From assembly GCA_963748755.1 (NCBI GenBank), contig CAVVKA010000001.1:121995-185994 (forward strand): a stretch of DNA of 64,000 nt. Reading direction: 5' to 3'. Positions 16,788-25,814 of this stretch are shown here, piece by piece (the stretch's first letter is position 1; every line of letters starts with the position of its first letter). This stretch comes from an uncultured Actinomycetes bacterium (GTDB taxonomy: Bacteria; Actinomycetota; Thermoleophilia; Gaiellales; Gaiellaceae). Made by a program: the position numbers and the translations under genes. The notes below the pieces were generated by a model. That model was given only the letters and a program-made list of their open reading frames with translations, did not search any database and had not been told where the DNA came from.

Positions 16788-18461
16788 ATGCCGAGCGACT
16801 ACATCTACACGATGTACCGGGCCGACAAGTTCTACGGCCCGGACCGCCAGGTGCTGGCCAACATCTCGCTCTCGTTCCTGCCGGGAGCGAAGATCGGCGT
16901 GCTCGGCCCGAACGGAGCCGGGAAGTCGACGCTGCTGCGGATCATGGCCGGGAAAGACGAGCCGTCTTCCGGCGTCGCGGAGATCGCACCCGGGGCAACG
17001 GCCGGGGTGCTCGAGCAGGAGCCGGAGCTCGACGCCGCCAAGGACGTGCGCGGCAACGTGGAGGACGGCGTCCGCCCGCTCCGCGACCTGCTCGACCGCT
17101 TCAACGAGATCAGCGCCGCCTTCGCCGAGCCCGACGCCGACTACGACACGCTCCTCGCCGAGCAGGCGAAGGTGCAGGACAAGATCGACCGGGGCGACGT
17201 CTGGGAGCTCGACGACCGGCTCGACCACGCGATGGACGCGCTCCGCCTGCCCGAGGGAGACCGCGACGTCGAGACGCTCTCGGGCGGCGAGCGCCGCCGG
17301 GTCGCGCTCTGCCGGCTGCTCCTCTCGGCGCCCGACCTGCTCCTGCTCGACGAGCCGACGAACCACCTCGACGCCGAGTCGGTGCTCTGGCTCGAGCGGT
17401 TCCTCGCCGACTACAAGGGCACCGTCGTCGCCGTGACGCACGACCGCTACTTCCTCGACAACGTCGCCGGCTGGATTCTCGAGCTCGACCGCGGCCGCGG
17501 CATCCCGTTCCAGGGCAACTACTCGTCGTGGCTCGAGCAGAAGCAGGAGCGGCTCGCGCACGAGGAGAAGCAGGAGTCGGCGCGCCGCCGCACGCTCGCG
17601 CGCGAGCTCGAGTGGGTGCGGGCGAGCCCGCGCGCGCGTCACGCGAAGGCGAAGGCGCGGCTCGGCGCGTACGAGCGGCTCTTCGCCGAGGAGCAGAACG
17701 TGAAGCTCGACCGCGTCGAGATCCACATCCCGTCCGGCCCGCGGCTCGGCGACGTCGTGATCGAGGCCGAGAGCGTGCGCAAGGGCTTCGGCGACCGCCT
17801 GCTGGTCGACGACCTCACCTTCTCGCTGCCGCCCGCCGGCATCGTCGGCGTCGTCGGCCCGAACGGCGCCGGCAAGACGACGCTGTTCCGGATGATCGCG
17901 GGCGAGGAGCAGCCCGACGACGGGACGCTACGGGTCGGCGACACCGTCGAGCTCGCCTACGTCGACCAGGCGCGCGCCGACCTCGACCCCGCGAGCACGG
18001 TGTGGAAGGAGATCTCCGGCAACCACGACACGATCGAGCTCGGGCGCCGCGAGGTGAACTCGCGCCAGTACGTCTCGTGGTTCAACTTCAAGGGCTCGGA
18101 CCAGCAGAAGCGCGTGTCCGATCTGTCAGGCGGCGAGCGGAACCGCGTCCACCTGGCGAAGCTCCTGCGCTCGGGCGGCAACGTCCTCCTGCTCGACGAG
18201 CCGACGAACGACCTCGACGTCGACACGCTGCGCGCGCTCGAGGAGGCGCTGCTCGAGTTCGCCGGCTGCGCCGTGGTGATCACCCACGATCGCTGGTTCC
18301 TCGACCGCGTCGCTACGCACATCCTCGCCTTCGAGGGGAACAGCGAGACGATCTGGTTCGAGGGCTCGTGGGGCGAGTACGTGGAGTGGATGAAGGAGAC
18401 GCGCGGCCCGGACGCGCTCGAGCCGCACCGGATCAAGTACAAGCCGCTCGTGCGGGGCTAA
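16788..18461 (+). CDS. ettA: energy-dependent translational throttle protein EttA (ABC-F)
   Basis: [18 protein letters not shown], two ABC cassettes (GPNGAGKST / LSGGERRR and GPNGAGKTT / LSGGERNR), 557 aa. Confidence 0.9.
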   Translation: MPSDYIYTMYRADKFYGPDRQVLANISLSFLPGAKIGVLGPNGAGKSTLLRIMAGKDEPSSGVAEIAPGATAGVLEQEPELDAAKDVRGNVEDGVRPLRDLLDRFNEISAAFAEPDADYDTLLAEQAKVQDKIDRGDVWELDDRLDHAMDALRLPEGDRDVETLSGGERRRVALCRLLLSAPDLLLLDEPTNHLDAESVLWLERFLADYKGTVVAVTHDRYFLDNVAGWILELDRGRGIPFQGNYSSWLEQKQERLAHEEKQESARRRTLARELEWVRASPRARHAKAKARLGAYERLFAEEQNVKLDRVEIHIPSGPRLGDVVIEAESVRKGFGDRLLVDDLTFSLPPAGIVGVVGPNGAGKTTLFRMIAGEEQPDDGTLRVGDTVELAYVDQARADLDPASTVWKEISGNHDTIELGRREVNSRQYVSWFNFKGSDQQKRVSDLSGGERNRVHLAKLLRSGGNVLLLDEPTNDLDVDTLRALEEALLEFAGCAVVITHDRWFLDRVATHILAFEGNSETIWFEGSWGEYVEWMKETRGPDALEPHRIKYKPLVRG

Positions 18462-18489
18462 TTCCCGTCCGATCGGGCAACACCCGCTC

Positions 18490-18804
18490 GTGCTGACGCT
18501 CTACCAGGCCGAGTGGTGCCCGTACTCGTCGGCCGTGCGCCAGCGATTGACGGAACTCGGGATCGACTTCATCGCAAAGCAGGTCGCGCCGCGGCAGGAG
18601 GATCGCGACGGGCAACACGAGATCCCGCTGCTCGTGACGGAGGACGGCAAACGGTTCGAGGGCACGGACGCGGTGTTCGAGTACCTCACCGGGCTGAACG
18701 GGAGCGAGGGGGAGCGCGGCCACCGAGCGCAGTACCGCGCGCATCGCCGGGATCGGGAGCGTGAGACGACCCGGCAAGTGCTCGGGGAAAAATCCCCGCT
18801 CTGA
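18490..18804 (+). CDS. glutaredoxin-like thioredoxin-fold protein (single Cys, CPYS)
   Basis: LTLYQAEWCPYSSAVRQRLTELGIDF...IPLLV..DG is a Grx/GST-N fold. GTG start. The C-terminal ~30 aa are Arg/Glu-rich and may not be native. Confidence 0.6.
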   Translation: MLTLYQAEWCPYSSAVRQRLTELGIDFIAKQVAPRQEDRDGQHEIPLLVTEDGKRFEGTDAVFEYLTGLNGSEGERGHRAQYRAHRRDRERETTRQVLGEKSPL

Positions 18805-18808
18805 TGGT

Positions 18809-19038
18809 CGCGCGCTGGTGGAAGCGCTGCTCGAGTTCGCCGGCTGCGCCGTTGTGATCACGCGCGATCGCTGGTTCCTCGACCGCGTCGCGACGCACAT
18901 CCCGGCCTTCGAGGGCAACAGCGAGACGATCTGGTTCGAGGGCTCGTTGGGGCGAGTACGTGGAGTGGATGAGGAGACGCGCGGCCCGACGCCCTCGAGC
19001 CGCACCGGATCAAGTACAAGCCGCTCGTTCGCGGCTGA
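18809..19038 (+). pseudogene. degraded duplicate of the ettA 3' end
   Basis: Aligns to 18231-18461 at roughly 90% identity with three 1-nt indels. Still translates [41 protein letters not shown], then frameshifts. Confidence 0.85.
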
Positions 19039-19040
19039 GA

Positions 19041-19232
19041 TCAGCTGCTGCCCGGCCTTCTGCGAAACATCCCAAAGCGGGCGAGCCGGGCGGGGCTTTC
19101 AGCCTGGCCGAGCTCGATGTCCAGCTCCGCCGGGTCGTCGATCAAAGCCCGCTCCTGAGCGGCGAGCTCGCGATCGAGCTGCCGCCGACTCTCTTTCTTC
19201 TTCGTGCGTGAGGCGCGGATCTTGTCAAACAT
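19041..19232 (-). CDS. hypothetical small charged protein (63 aa), possibly a third gene of the SIR2/NTPase unit
   Basis: ATG at 19232, 34 nt downstream of the NTPase stop on the same strand. High GC3. No recognisable family and a weak RBS. Confidence 0.25.
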   Translation of the reverse strand: MFDKIRASRTKKKESRRQLDRELAAQERALIDDPAELDIELGQAESPARLARFGMFRRRPGSS

Positions 19233-19266
19233 GAGGCCGCTGCCAGACCGAGATTCCCGGTGCGTC

Positions 19267-22200
19267 CTACCTGAAGATCTCGTCGAGCCGTGCGACGAGG
19301 TTCCGGGCCTCCGGCCACCCTGCATCCACGAACGCATCGAGAACCGCGACCAAATCCATGAGGGGCTCTCCTTCACGCAGGATGTCGCGGTAGTCCGCCA
19401 ACGCGGTTTCCACCAACCCGGTGACCTCGCGTGCAGCTAGGGAGTCGAAGGCGTATCCGGTTGCCTGCGATGCATCAATCGTGAGACGGGTGAAATGCAA
19501 GACGTCGGCGGGAGCGCACGGAAGTGCGCCACGGAGAAACTCAACAAGATGGTGGGCCGAGCGGGCTGGCAAGCCGACTGGTTCAGACCCGCCAGCTCCG
19601 TCGCAAACAGTGCCGATCACCGGCGCGACGATTGCGAAGTATCGACACAGCGCGCCCGACTCAACTTCCGGCCGATCGTCCCTCTCATATAGCCCGGAGT
19701 TGAAGTAGATCCGCGAAAGCACGGCGTCGATAGCCTCGAACGCGCCCTTCAGACGAGGTTCATCCCGTTCCGTCGGCTCCTGTTTGGCGGCGACACTAAT
19801 TTCGTCGAACGCACGTCGAGCAAGCGCGTCAAGGGAATTTGCCGCGCGGCCAGCCGAATCGAGATGCTTGGGCTCAGAGATCCGGGCGACATCGATGAAC
19901 TCGAAGAGGTGCCAGGCGAGTGTCGACAAGTTGGCCGGATGCGCCTCAGCGATCGCCCGCTCCAGCGCGTACTCAGCCGCCTCATTGGCCCTCGCGACGG
20001 CCATCCCTACAAGCAGTGCCGCGAGATGGTCGTCGCTGGGAAGGCGGTGCTTCTCCTGGCGGAGATAGTCGGCCCTCTGAATGAGGAGCATCAATCGATC
20101 AACCACGTCGGCCTCGCGCTCGGACGTCGCCACCCGACCTAGAACGGCGCCGATGACATCAATGACCGTGGCGTTCGATTCGTCTCGCACGTAACCATCG
20201 ACGGCCGACCAGAAATCATCCGGCGCTCCGACGACCAAACCCGGCAATCCGAGCGCTACGAGATAGCGGACAGCTGGCACCGGATCCTTCGACAAGTCAT
20301 GTATTGCCGCAAGCAGTTCCGCGTCAGGCGAGATCGCGGCGATGCGCGGGAGCCCTTGGGCGGCCTCAGTGCGAGGAGCCGGAGACCAGGCGGGTGTCTT
20401 GAACTCTCCATCTCCATCTCCATCTCTAACTTCGGTGTGCTCCGGGAAGCGGTGACGCGCGGCGGCGAGAAGGACATCCCGAACAAGTGCTAGGTCGCTT
20501 TCGGACAGGTCCTTAGCGCCGCGGGAGAGCGTCTCAGCCGTCTCGGCAATACGCGTCTGCACGGTACGTTCGAGTGCGTCAGGCAGTTCGCCAGCCGAGG
20601 CGACTCTTGCCCGCACCGTGCGCAGTGTTCGGAGAACGTCTTGAACCGCCTCGGCCGAGAGTGGTTCGTTGGCAAATTCGCGGCCGAACGCTTCAAGAGG
20701 TTGGGTCGACTCCAAGAGAGTCGCGATCTCAGGCGAGTCAACGTCAACGCCTTCCTCATGAAGCCACACGTTCGCGTCGTACGGCTCCGACCAGGTTCGG
20801 AAGCTCGTCAACGGCGGGTTCGTGGCCGCCTCGTTGTCCCCAGCAACGTCAGCGCGGAGTTTGTGCGACTCGGGTTCGGTAAGGCGAGTCTCAGGAATGC
20901 GCACTATGAGCCGACCCCACCAAGGGGGCCCCTCGTCCTCCGTCGCCTGACTGATGATCGCTCGTTCGATTCTCCGCAGAACCCCGCTGTCGAGAGTCGG
21001 GGCAACGGCGCCGAGTAGATCGGCAGCCTCCGGCGCGGTCTCTGAACTATCAAGGATCGGACGAGCCTCCAGGGCTGGCGCTAGCAGCACGCCCCACGTC
21101 TCGGGCTGCTGCACGCCGAGGCCGAGGAGCCGACGCCAGACGAAGGCCACCTGAGCGACTGCCGCAACCTCGTCGAGCGCTCGAGCCGCCTCTGGGCCTT
21201 CGAGTTCGGTCAGGTAGTCGGTGACCGCTGTCATCAGCCGCTGGTGCTCATCCGCGTGGGTACCGGGGGCATCCCAGATGTAGCTGCCGTCACGCAAGAG
21301 AACAGCGTCGGTCTCCCCAATCTTGAATCGGAGAACTTCGGGCTGGTAATCGGCGGGCCTATGGGGCAGAACTTCCTTCAACTGAGTCATCTCATTGACG
21401 ACCTCGACGAGCGTCTGAAGAGCGACGCCGGGGGACTCACGGAGAAACGCGGGCGCCGCCTCGAGCAGGCTGTACTGGACCATGTCGAAGTCTTGGCGCC
21501 GGTTCGAGCGAAGCGCGACAACAATCCCACCCATATGAGTTGGGTCATCGCTTTCTTCAAGGTGCGAAAACACGCGCCGATAAAGCCTTCCCACGAGCTC
21601 AGGGTCGCTCACCCAGATCTGGTTCGCCGCATCAGCGAGCCGCCAAATCAGGTCGATCGCGAAGTGTGGTCGGCCGATCGTGTCGATGATGCGCTCGATC
21701 GCACTCCGGGACTCAGCCGGCGCGCAGTCGTAGGTCTCAGCCAGCGTTTGAACTAACCAGACACCAGCCGCACGAGTGATCTGCGCGTCTTCCATATCCA
21801 AAGCCCAAGCCAGAAGGTTCCGCGCCGCCTCATTCAAGCGGCCTCGTACTTGTGAATCCTCGGTCGCCCGCAAGGCCTGCTCGAGATAGCGCGAAACGTC
21901 CCAATAAACTTGACGCGTTGGTGTCTGCGAAATCTGAAGGGCAACGCGAGACCAGATGTCGTGGTCAATCGCGCTTTGGTTCGAAAGGGTTTGGAAGACC
22001 CTGACCACGATTCGGTTCGCGTAGTCAGTCGAACTGAGTTTCCCGAGCAAAGGCGCGATGTCCTCCGCGTCCCGCGCCTCAGCAGCGATGACCGTTGGCG
22101 GAATGACGTTCACAGCCAGGCTGATGTGCGCTTCACGGTGGGAGGCCAAAGCGTCCAGGACATTCCAGAAGGTCGAACGCGCGAAAAACCAAAGCCTCCC

Positions 22201-23235
22201 AAAGAAGAGGGCGAGGCTCGGCCTGAGGAATACGGCTCGCGATGGATCGTCGGCTAGGAAAGCCGACAGCGACGGCGCGTCGTCGTCAAGCAGCAGAACG
22301 CTAACTGCGTAGTCGTAGAGGACATTGTGAGCGAAGGCGACGCGTTGCCCGGACGAGTCGGCGTCGCGGATCACCTCATCGCTGTACAGGCCACGCCACG
22401 CGGCGCTCGCATGGGCCGTCAGAAGATCCTCTCGGCGAACGGATAACGATCGTTGGTCGACCATCCGCCGTGTCGCGTCGAGCAGCAGCGCGTGCCGCTC
22501 CGCCTCGTCGTCGGGAGATCGGACGCGAGCGAGCCAGAACCGTTCGAGCAGTTGGACCTGCGATCGAATCGCTGTGACCTCCTGCGAAGAAATGTTCGTT
22601 CCGAACAACCTGTCGAGGAGCCAAAGATGGAATGGCACCCGCATGAGGTCAAGAAGTTCCTCCGGAGCCGAGCACAGAAGGCGCGGCAGCCACGGAAGTC
22701 CCTCGACGTCCGCAAGTTCAAAGTCGTTGAGCGGCGGCACCCAGAAGTGCCGGCAGTTCGCGTCGCCCAACCTGAATCTTGGGTCGGCGGCTGCCGCAAC
22801 CTCGGGGAAGATTTCCGGCAGTTCTCTTGAACGCGTGGCGTCGTACGTACGAATGCTGGCTACTACCGTCCAATGGGTTGGGTCCCGTCGGGTGAACCGC
22901 CGGATGAGATTGAACGCGAAGCGTCGTGTTTTGTCCGACCGTGCCGCATCGAGCGCATCCATGACCAGGAGTCCTCGGCGACTCCCTCGTTCTTCCTCGA
23001 AGAACTCGACAGGGTCACCTTCGAAGCCGACTTGGGCCCTCAAGTCATCGTCTGTCTCGATCGGGGCACGATCGAGGGGCAGGTAAATGCAGTGCACGTC
23101 GGGCGAGGCGATCGCGGACTCCGCGAACTCCCTAAGCAGGAAGGTCTTTCCGGCCCCTGGCGCGCCAATGACTACGCCACTCTGCTGGGCGAAGACCGAG
23201 AAAGCCTGATCAAGAGCGGGGCGGCGAATGATCAA
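19267..23235 (-). CDS. giant NACHT/STAND-like P-loop NTPase with long helical (HEAT/ARM-like) repeat region
   Basis: Walker A GAPGAGKTFLL, Walker B LLVMDALDAA, WH-like FAHNVLYDYAVSVLL, then about 1000 aa of helical low-repeat sequence (e.g. DPVPAVRYLVALGL). TTG start in a TTGA overlap with the SIR2 gene. Confidence 0.85.
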   Translation of the reverse strand: MIIRRPALDQAFSVFAQQSGVVIGAPGAGKTFLLREFAESAIASPDVHCIYLPLDRAPIETDDDLRAQVGFEGDPVEFFEEERGSRRGLLVMDALDAARSDKTRRFAFNLIRRFTRRDPTHWTVVASIRTYDATRSRELPEIFPEVAAAADPRFRLGDANCRHFWVPPLNDFELADVEGLPWLPRLLCSAPEELLDLMRVPFHLWLLDRLFGTNISSQEVTAIRSQVQLLERFWLARVRSPDDEAERHALLLDATRRMVDQRSLSVRREDLLTAHASAAWRGLYSDEVIRDADSSGQRVAFAHNVLYDYAVSVLLLDDDAPSLSAFLADDPSRAVFLRPSLALFFGRLWFFARSTFWNVLDALASHREAHISLAVNVIPPTVIAAEARDAEDIAPLLGKLSSTDYANRIVVRVFQTLSNQSAIDHDIWSRVALQISQTPTRQVYWDVSRYLEQALRATEDSQVRGRLNEAARNLLAWALDMEDAQITRAAGVWLVQTLAETYDCAPAESRSAIERIIDTIGRPHFAIDLIWRLADAANQIWVSDPELVGRLYRRVFSHLEESDDPTHMGGIVVALRSNRRQDFDMVQYSLLEAAPAFLRESPGVALQTLVEVVNEMTQLKEVLPHRPADYQPEVLRFKIGETDAVLLRDGSYIWDAPGTHADEHQRLMTAVTDYLTELEGPEAARALDEVAAVAQVAFVWRRLLGLGVQQPETWGVLLAPALEARPILDSSETAPEAADLLGAVAPTLDSGVLRRIERAIISQATEDEGPPWWGRLIVRIPETRLTEPESHKLRADVAGDNEAATNPPLTSFRTWSEPYDANVWLHEEGVDVDSPEIATLLESTQPLEAFGREFANEPLSAEAVQDVLRTLRTVRARVASAGELPDALERTVQTRIAETAETLSRGAKDLSESDLALVRDVLLAAARHRFPEHTEVRDGDGDGEFKTPAWSPAPRTEAAQGLPRIAAISPDAELLAAIHDLSKDPVPAVRYLVALGLPGLVVGAPDDFWSAVDGYVRDESNATVIDVIGAVLGRVATSEREADVVDRLMLLIQRADYLRQEKHRLPSDDHLAALLVGMAVARANEAAEYALERAIAEAHPANLSTLAWHLFEFIDVARISEPKHLDSAGRAANSLDALARRAFDEISVAAKQEPTERDEPRLKGAFEAIDAVLSRIYFNSGLYERDDRPEVESGALCRYFAIVAPVIGTVCDGAGGSEPVGLPARSAHHLVEFLRGALPCAPADVLHFTRLTIDASQATGYAFDSLAAREVTGLVETALADYRDILREGEPLMDLVAVLDAFVDAGWPEARNLVARLDEIFR

Positions 23236-24260
23236 AGCTCGAGCATCCTTGCGGAGAAGCTCTCCGTCCGATCTGGGTCAACCAAGCGCTGTGGCTCTTG
23301 CGGTTGGCCCGCCATCGAGTCGAGCAGCTCGTCCAATCCTGAGTGATCATCCGGCAGGCCGTCGGCTCGGCCCACGTCGTAGATGATCGGCGTGATCCCA
23401 GCTTCGCGACAGCGGAATGTGACTGCGTCGCGTTGACCGTCATCTGCGGCTCCCATGATCGCGAAGTGACCGAGCTGGTGGCCCCGACCGAAGTCGCGAT
23501 CCGTAATGTCCAGCAGCTGTACGAGTGCGGGGTCATCGAGGCTGAAGCCGACAAAGAGCACTGGGTGTGCGACGAGGATTGACCAGAGCACACGACGATG
23601 AAGCGTGTCGAGCGGACCAAGGCGACGCCCCTCTCGATCTAGGTCATCGGGAGTGCTCCCAGGAGAGTCTTCCTCGCCAGCAATTGCACCGTAGCTCCTG
23701 CCATAGTCGTGTGCAGTAAGAACGAGGCGCTGTGGATCCCGGTGCTGACCGTGAGCGTGTAGGACATACCTATGACCCGCGCCCTCTCCCAGGTCGCGCA
23801 GAAAGTTGAAGACTTCGTAGGCGCGTTCGCCGCATAGGTCAAGCGCCTGGCACGGCTGATTGCCGAGCTCATGATTCGCGGCGGTCTGTGCGTACTCGAG
23901 CGCCGGGTCGTAGTTGGTGGTGACGACTCCCCTAGTACGGAGCCTCACTAGTGCCTGCTGCCGCGAGCCGAATCCCTGCCCGTGCTTCGGGCCGAAGGTT
24001 TCTTGCAGAGTCGCGTAATAGTCGTCAAGACGGCCCTCCGCCTTGAACGCGTCGCGAATTTGCTGCGCGCGTTCGAGAAGTGAAGTGCCTTCATCAAGAG
24101 ACGTCGCGGAATCGCCTAGTCCGTAGCGAAGCTCTTCCAAAAGGCGCGCCCATGGTGGATAACCGAGATCGGCCGTAGCACCCGCGCCAGCGAACAGCAC
24201 TACACGGCCGCTGGCCAGCTCGTGCACCAGTGCTCCGGGGACCGACACGCTGGCAGCCAA
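23232..24260 (-). CDS. SIR2_2-family protein (putative NAD+ hydrolase effector)
   Basis: VVLFAGAGAT Gly loop, VVTTNYDPALE, VLHAHGQHRDPQRLVLTAHDY, PVLFVGFSLDDPAL. The start is TTG at 24260, or alternatively GTG at 24248. Confidence 0.85.
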   Translation of the reverse strand: MAASVSVPGALVHELASGRVVLFAGAGATADLGYPPWARLLEELRYGLGDSATSLDEGTSLLERAQQIRDAFKAEGRLDDYYATLQETFGPKHGQGFGSRQQALVRLRTRGVVTTNYDPALEYAQTAANHELGNQPCQALDLCGERAYEVFNFLRDLGEGAGHRYVLHAHGQHRDPQRLVLTAHDYGRSYGAIAGEEDSPGSTPDDLDREGRRLGPLDTLHRRVLWSILVAHPVLFVGFSLDDPALVQLLDITDRDFGRGHQLGHFAIMGAADDGQRDAVTFRCREAGITPIIYDVGRADGLPDDHSGLDELLDSMAGQPQEPQRLVDPDRTESFSARMLEL

Positions 24261-24295
24261 CCACGCGTGGCGGATTCACGCAATGGACGCGTCGG

Positions 24296-25447
24296 CTACG
24301 CCTGAGGGATCCGAGCCTCGAGCGCTGCCGTAACGGCCTCGCGCACGGGCTCGAGCTCGATCCGGTCGAGCACTTCCTGGAAGAAGCCGCGCACGATCAG
24401 CCGCTCAGCCTCGAAGCGCGTGAGCCCGCGGCTCATCAAATAGAACATGTCCTCCCGGTTGACCCGCCCGACCGTCGCCGCATGCGTGCAGCGGACGTCG
24501 TTCGCCAGGATCTCGAGGCCCGGGATCGGCACGGCGTGCGTCGTCGGCGACAGCATCAGGTTGCGGCACTCCTGGTACGCGTTCGTCTGCTGCGCGTCCT
24601 TCTCCACGCGGATCATCCCGCGCCACACCGCCGTCGCCTCGTCGCGCAGCGCGCCCTTGAAGGCGAAGTCGCTCTCGCAGTCGGGCGCGATGTGCTCCTG
24701 GAACGTGTCGTAGTCGAGGTGCTGCGTGCCGTCGGCGAAGTACGCGCCCGTCACACGCGACGTTGCCCCGCGGCCCGAGAGGTCGTTCTGGATCCGCGTC
24801 TTGCCCTTCTTCGAGCCGAAGCCGCCGGCGACCCAGTCGAGCTCGGCGTCGCGCTCGACGCGCGCGTGGTGATTCGCGAAATGCCATGTCTCGCGAGAGA
24901 GGTTCTGCAGGGAGACGTACTCGAGCTTCGCGGCCGGCTCGACGAAGAGCTCCGTGACCGCGTTCGAGTAGGCCTCCGTGTCTGCCGCCGGTGAGGCGTA
25001 CTCCTCGATCAGCGACCCGCGCGCGCCCTCCTCGACCACGACGACGAGCCGCCAAAACGTCTGCCCCGTCACCGCGATGCGGACGTAGAGCGGCTTCTCG
25101 AGCTCGACGCCTTTCGGGATGACGACAAGCAGGCCGTGCTGCCAGAGCGCCGCGTTGTGGGCCGCGAACTTCTCGTCCCAGCCGACGAGCGAGTACAGGC
25201 GCTCGTGCTCCTGGGGAAGCGGCGCGAAGGTCACCCCGTCCGGCGCCTTCTCGATCTCGATCCCGTCAGCGGTAACCGTCGCGTAGCCGGCGACGTCGAG
25301 GTCGAGCAACGTCTCGATCTCGGCCGACGCAGCTCCCGCGAAGCTCTCGGGGTCGAAGCCGCGCAGGTCGGTGAAGCGCCAGTGCTCCTCGGTCGTGTCC
25401 GGGAGCGGCAGCGCCTCGTAGGCGGCGAGCGCGTCAGACCTCGTCAT
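24296..25447 (-). CDS. sufD: Fe-S cluster assembly protein SufD
   Basis: EHWRFTDL...AKLEYVSLQN...[41 protein letters not shown]. Confidence 0.9.
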   Translation of the reverse strand: MTRSDALAAYEALPLPDTTEEHWRFTDLRGFDPESFAGAASAEIETLLDLDVAGYATVTADGIEIEKAPDGVTFAPLPQEHERLYSLVGWDEKFAAHNAALWQHGLLVVIPKGVELEKPLYVRIAVTGQTFWRLVVVVEEGARGSLIEEYASPAADTEAYSNAVTELFVEPAAKLEYVSLQNLSRETWHFANHHARVERDAELDWVAGGFGSKKGKTRIQNDLSGRGATSRVTGAYFADGTQHLDYDTFQEHIAPDCESDFAFKGALRDEATAVWRGMIRVEKDAQQTNAYQECRNLMLSPTTHAVPIPGLEILANDVRCTHAATVGRVNREDMFYLMSRGLTRFEAERLIVRGFFQEVLDRIELEPVREAVTAALEARIPQA

Positions 25448-25814
25448 ACGCCTTGTACCTGTGGTGGAGGAGGATCCTGTTCCCGGCCGGGTCGCTGATG
25501 CCGGCGCCGTTGCAGACGCCGGAGTCCCACATCTCGCCGACCTCCAGGCCCTTCGCCTCTAGCTCCGCCTTCGCCGCCGCGACGTCAGGCACGCCGAGCG
25601 CGATCGTCGCCGGTGGGAGGGCGGCGAACTCGTACTCGTGCGTGTGCGGCGTCATCACCGCGAGGGTGACGTTCGACGCCTCGTACTCGACCCAGTCCTC
25701 GTGGTCGAGGCGCTCGTTGCGCGGCAGGCCGAGGACGTCGCCGTAGAAGTGCTTCGCGGCCTCGATGTCGTCCACCGGGACGCGGATGTAGTCGACGCGC
25801 GTGATCTCCATCAT
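25434..25814 (-). CDS. VOC (glyoxalase/bleomycin-resistance/dioxygenase) family protein, paralog 4
   Basis: MMEITRVDYIRVPVDD...DSGVCNGAGISDPAGNRILLHHRY. ATGA overlap with paralog 3. Overlaps the sufD start by 14 nt. Confidence 0.8.
   Translation of the reverse strand: MMEITRVDYIRVPVDDIEAAKHFYGDVLGLPRNERLDHEDWVEYEASNVTLAVMTPHTHEYEFAALPPATIALGVPDVAAAKAELEAKGLEVGEMWDSGVCNGAGISDPAGNRILLHHRYKAYDEV

Larger units (their letters stand above)
19041..24295 (-). other. lower-GC insert carrying the SIR2/NTPase pair (candidate horizontally acquired defence islet)
   Basis: Spot counts of 60-nt lines give about 52-62% G+C inside versus 68-72% in the flanking ettA/sufD. It lies between a displaced ettA 3' remnant and the sufD stop. 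Confidence 0.5.

Noticed and set aside
15291-17726. 811-aa minus-strand ORF, plus many other long ORFs in the track (e.g. 239-1153 -, 1445-2830 +, 26881-28365 +, 32461-34062 +, 38789-40207 +)
   Set aside because: They are Arg/Ala/Pro/Gly-rich translations lying antisense to, or out of frame with, genes that carry clear conserved motifs. These are typical high-GC shadow ORFs.
20405-20425. (TCTCCA)3 microrepeat
   Set aside because: It lies within the NTPase coding frame and encodes DGDGDG. It is too short to be meaningful.
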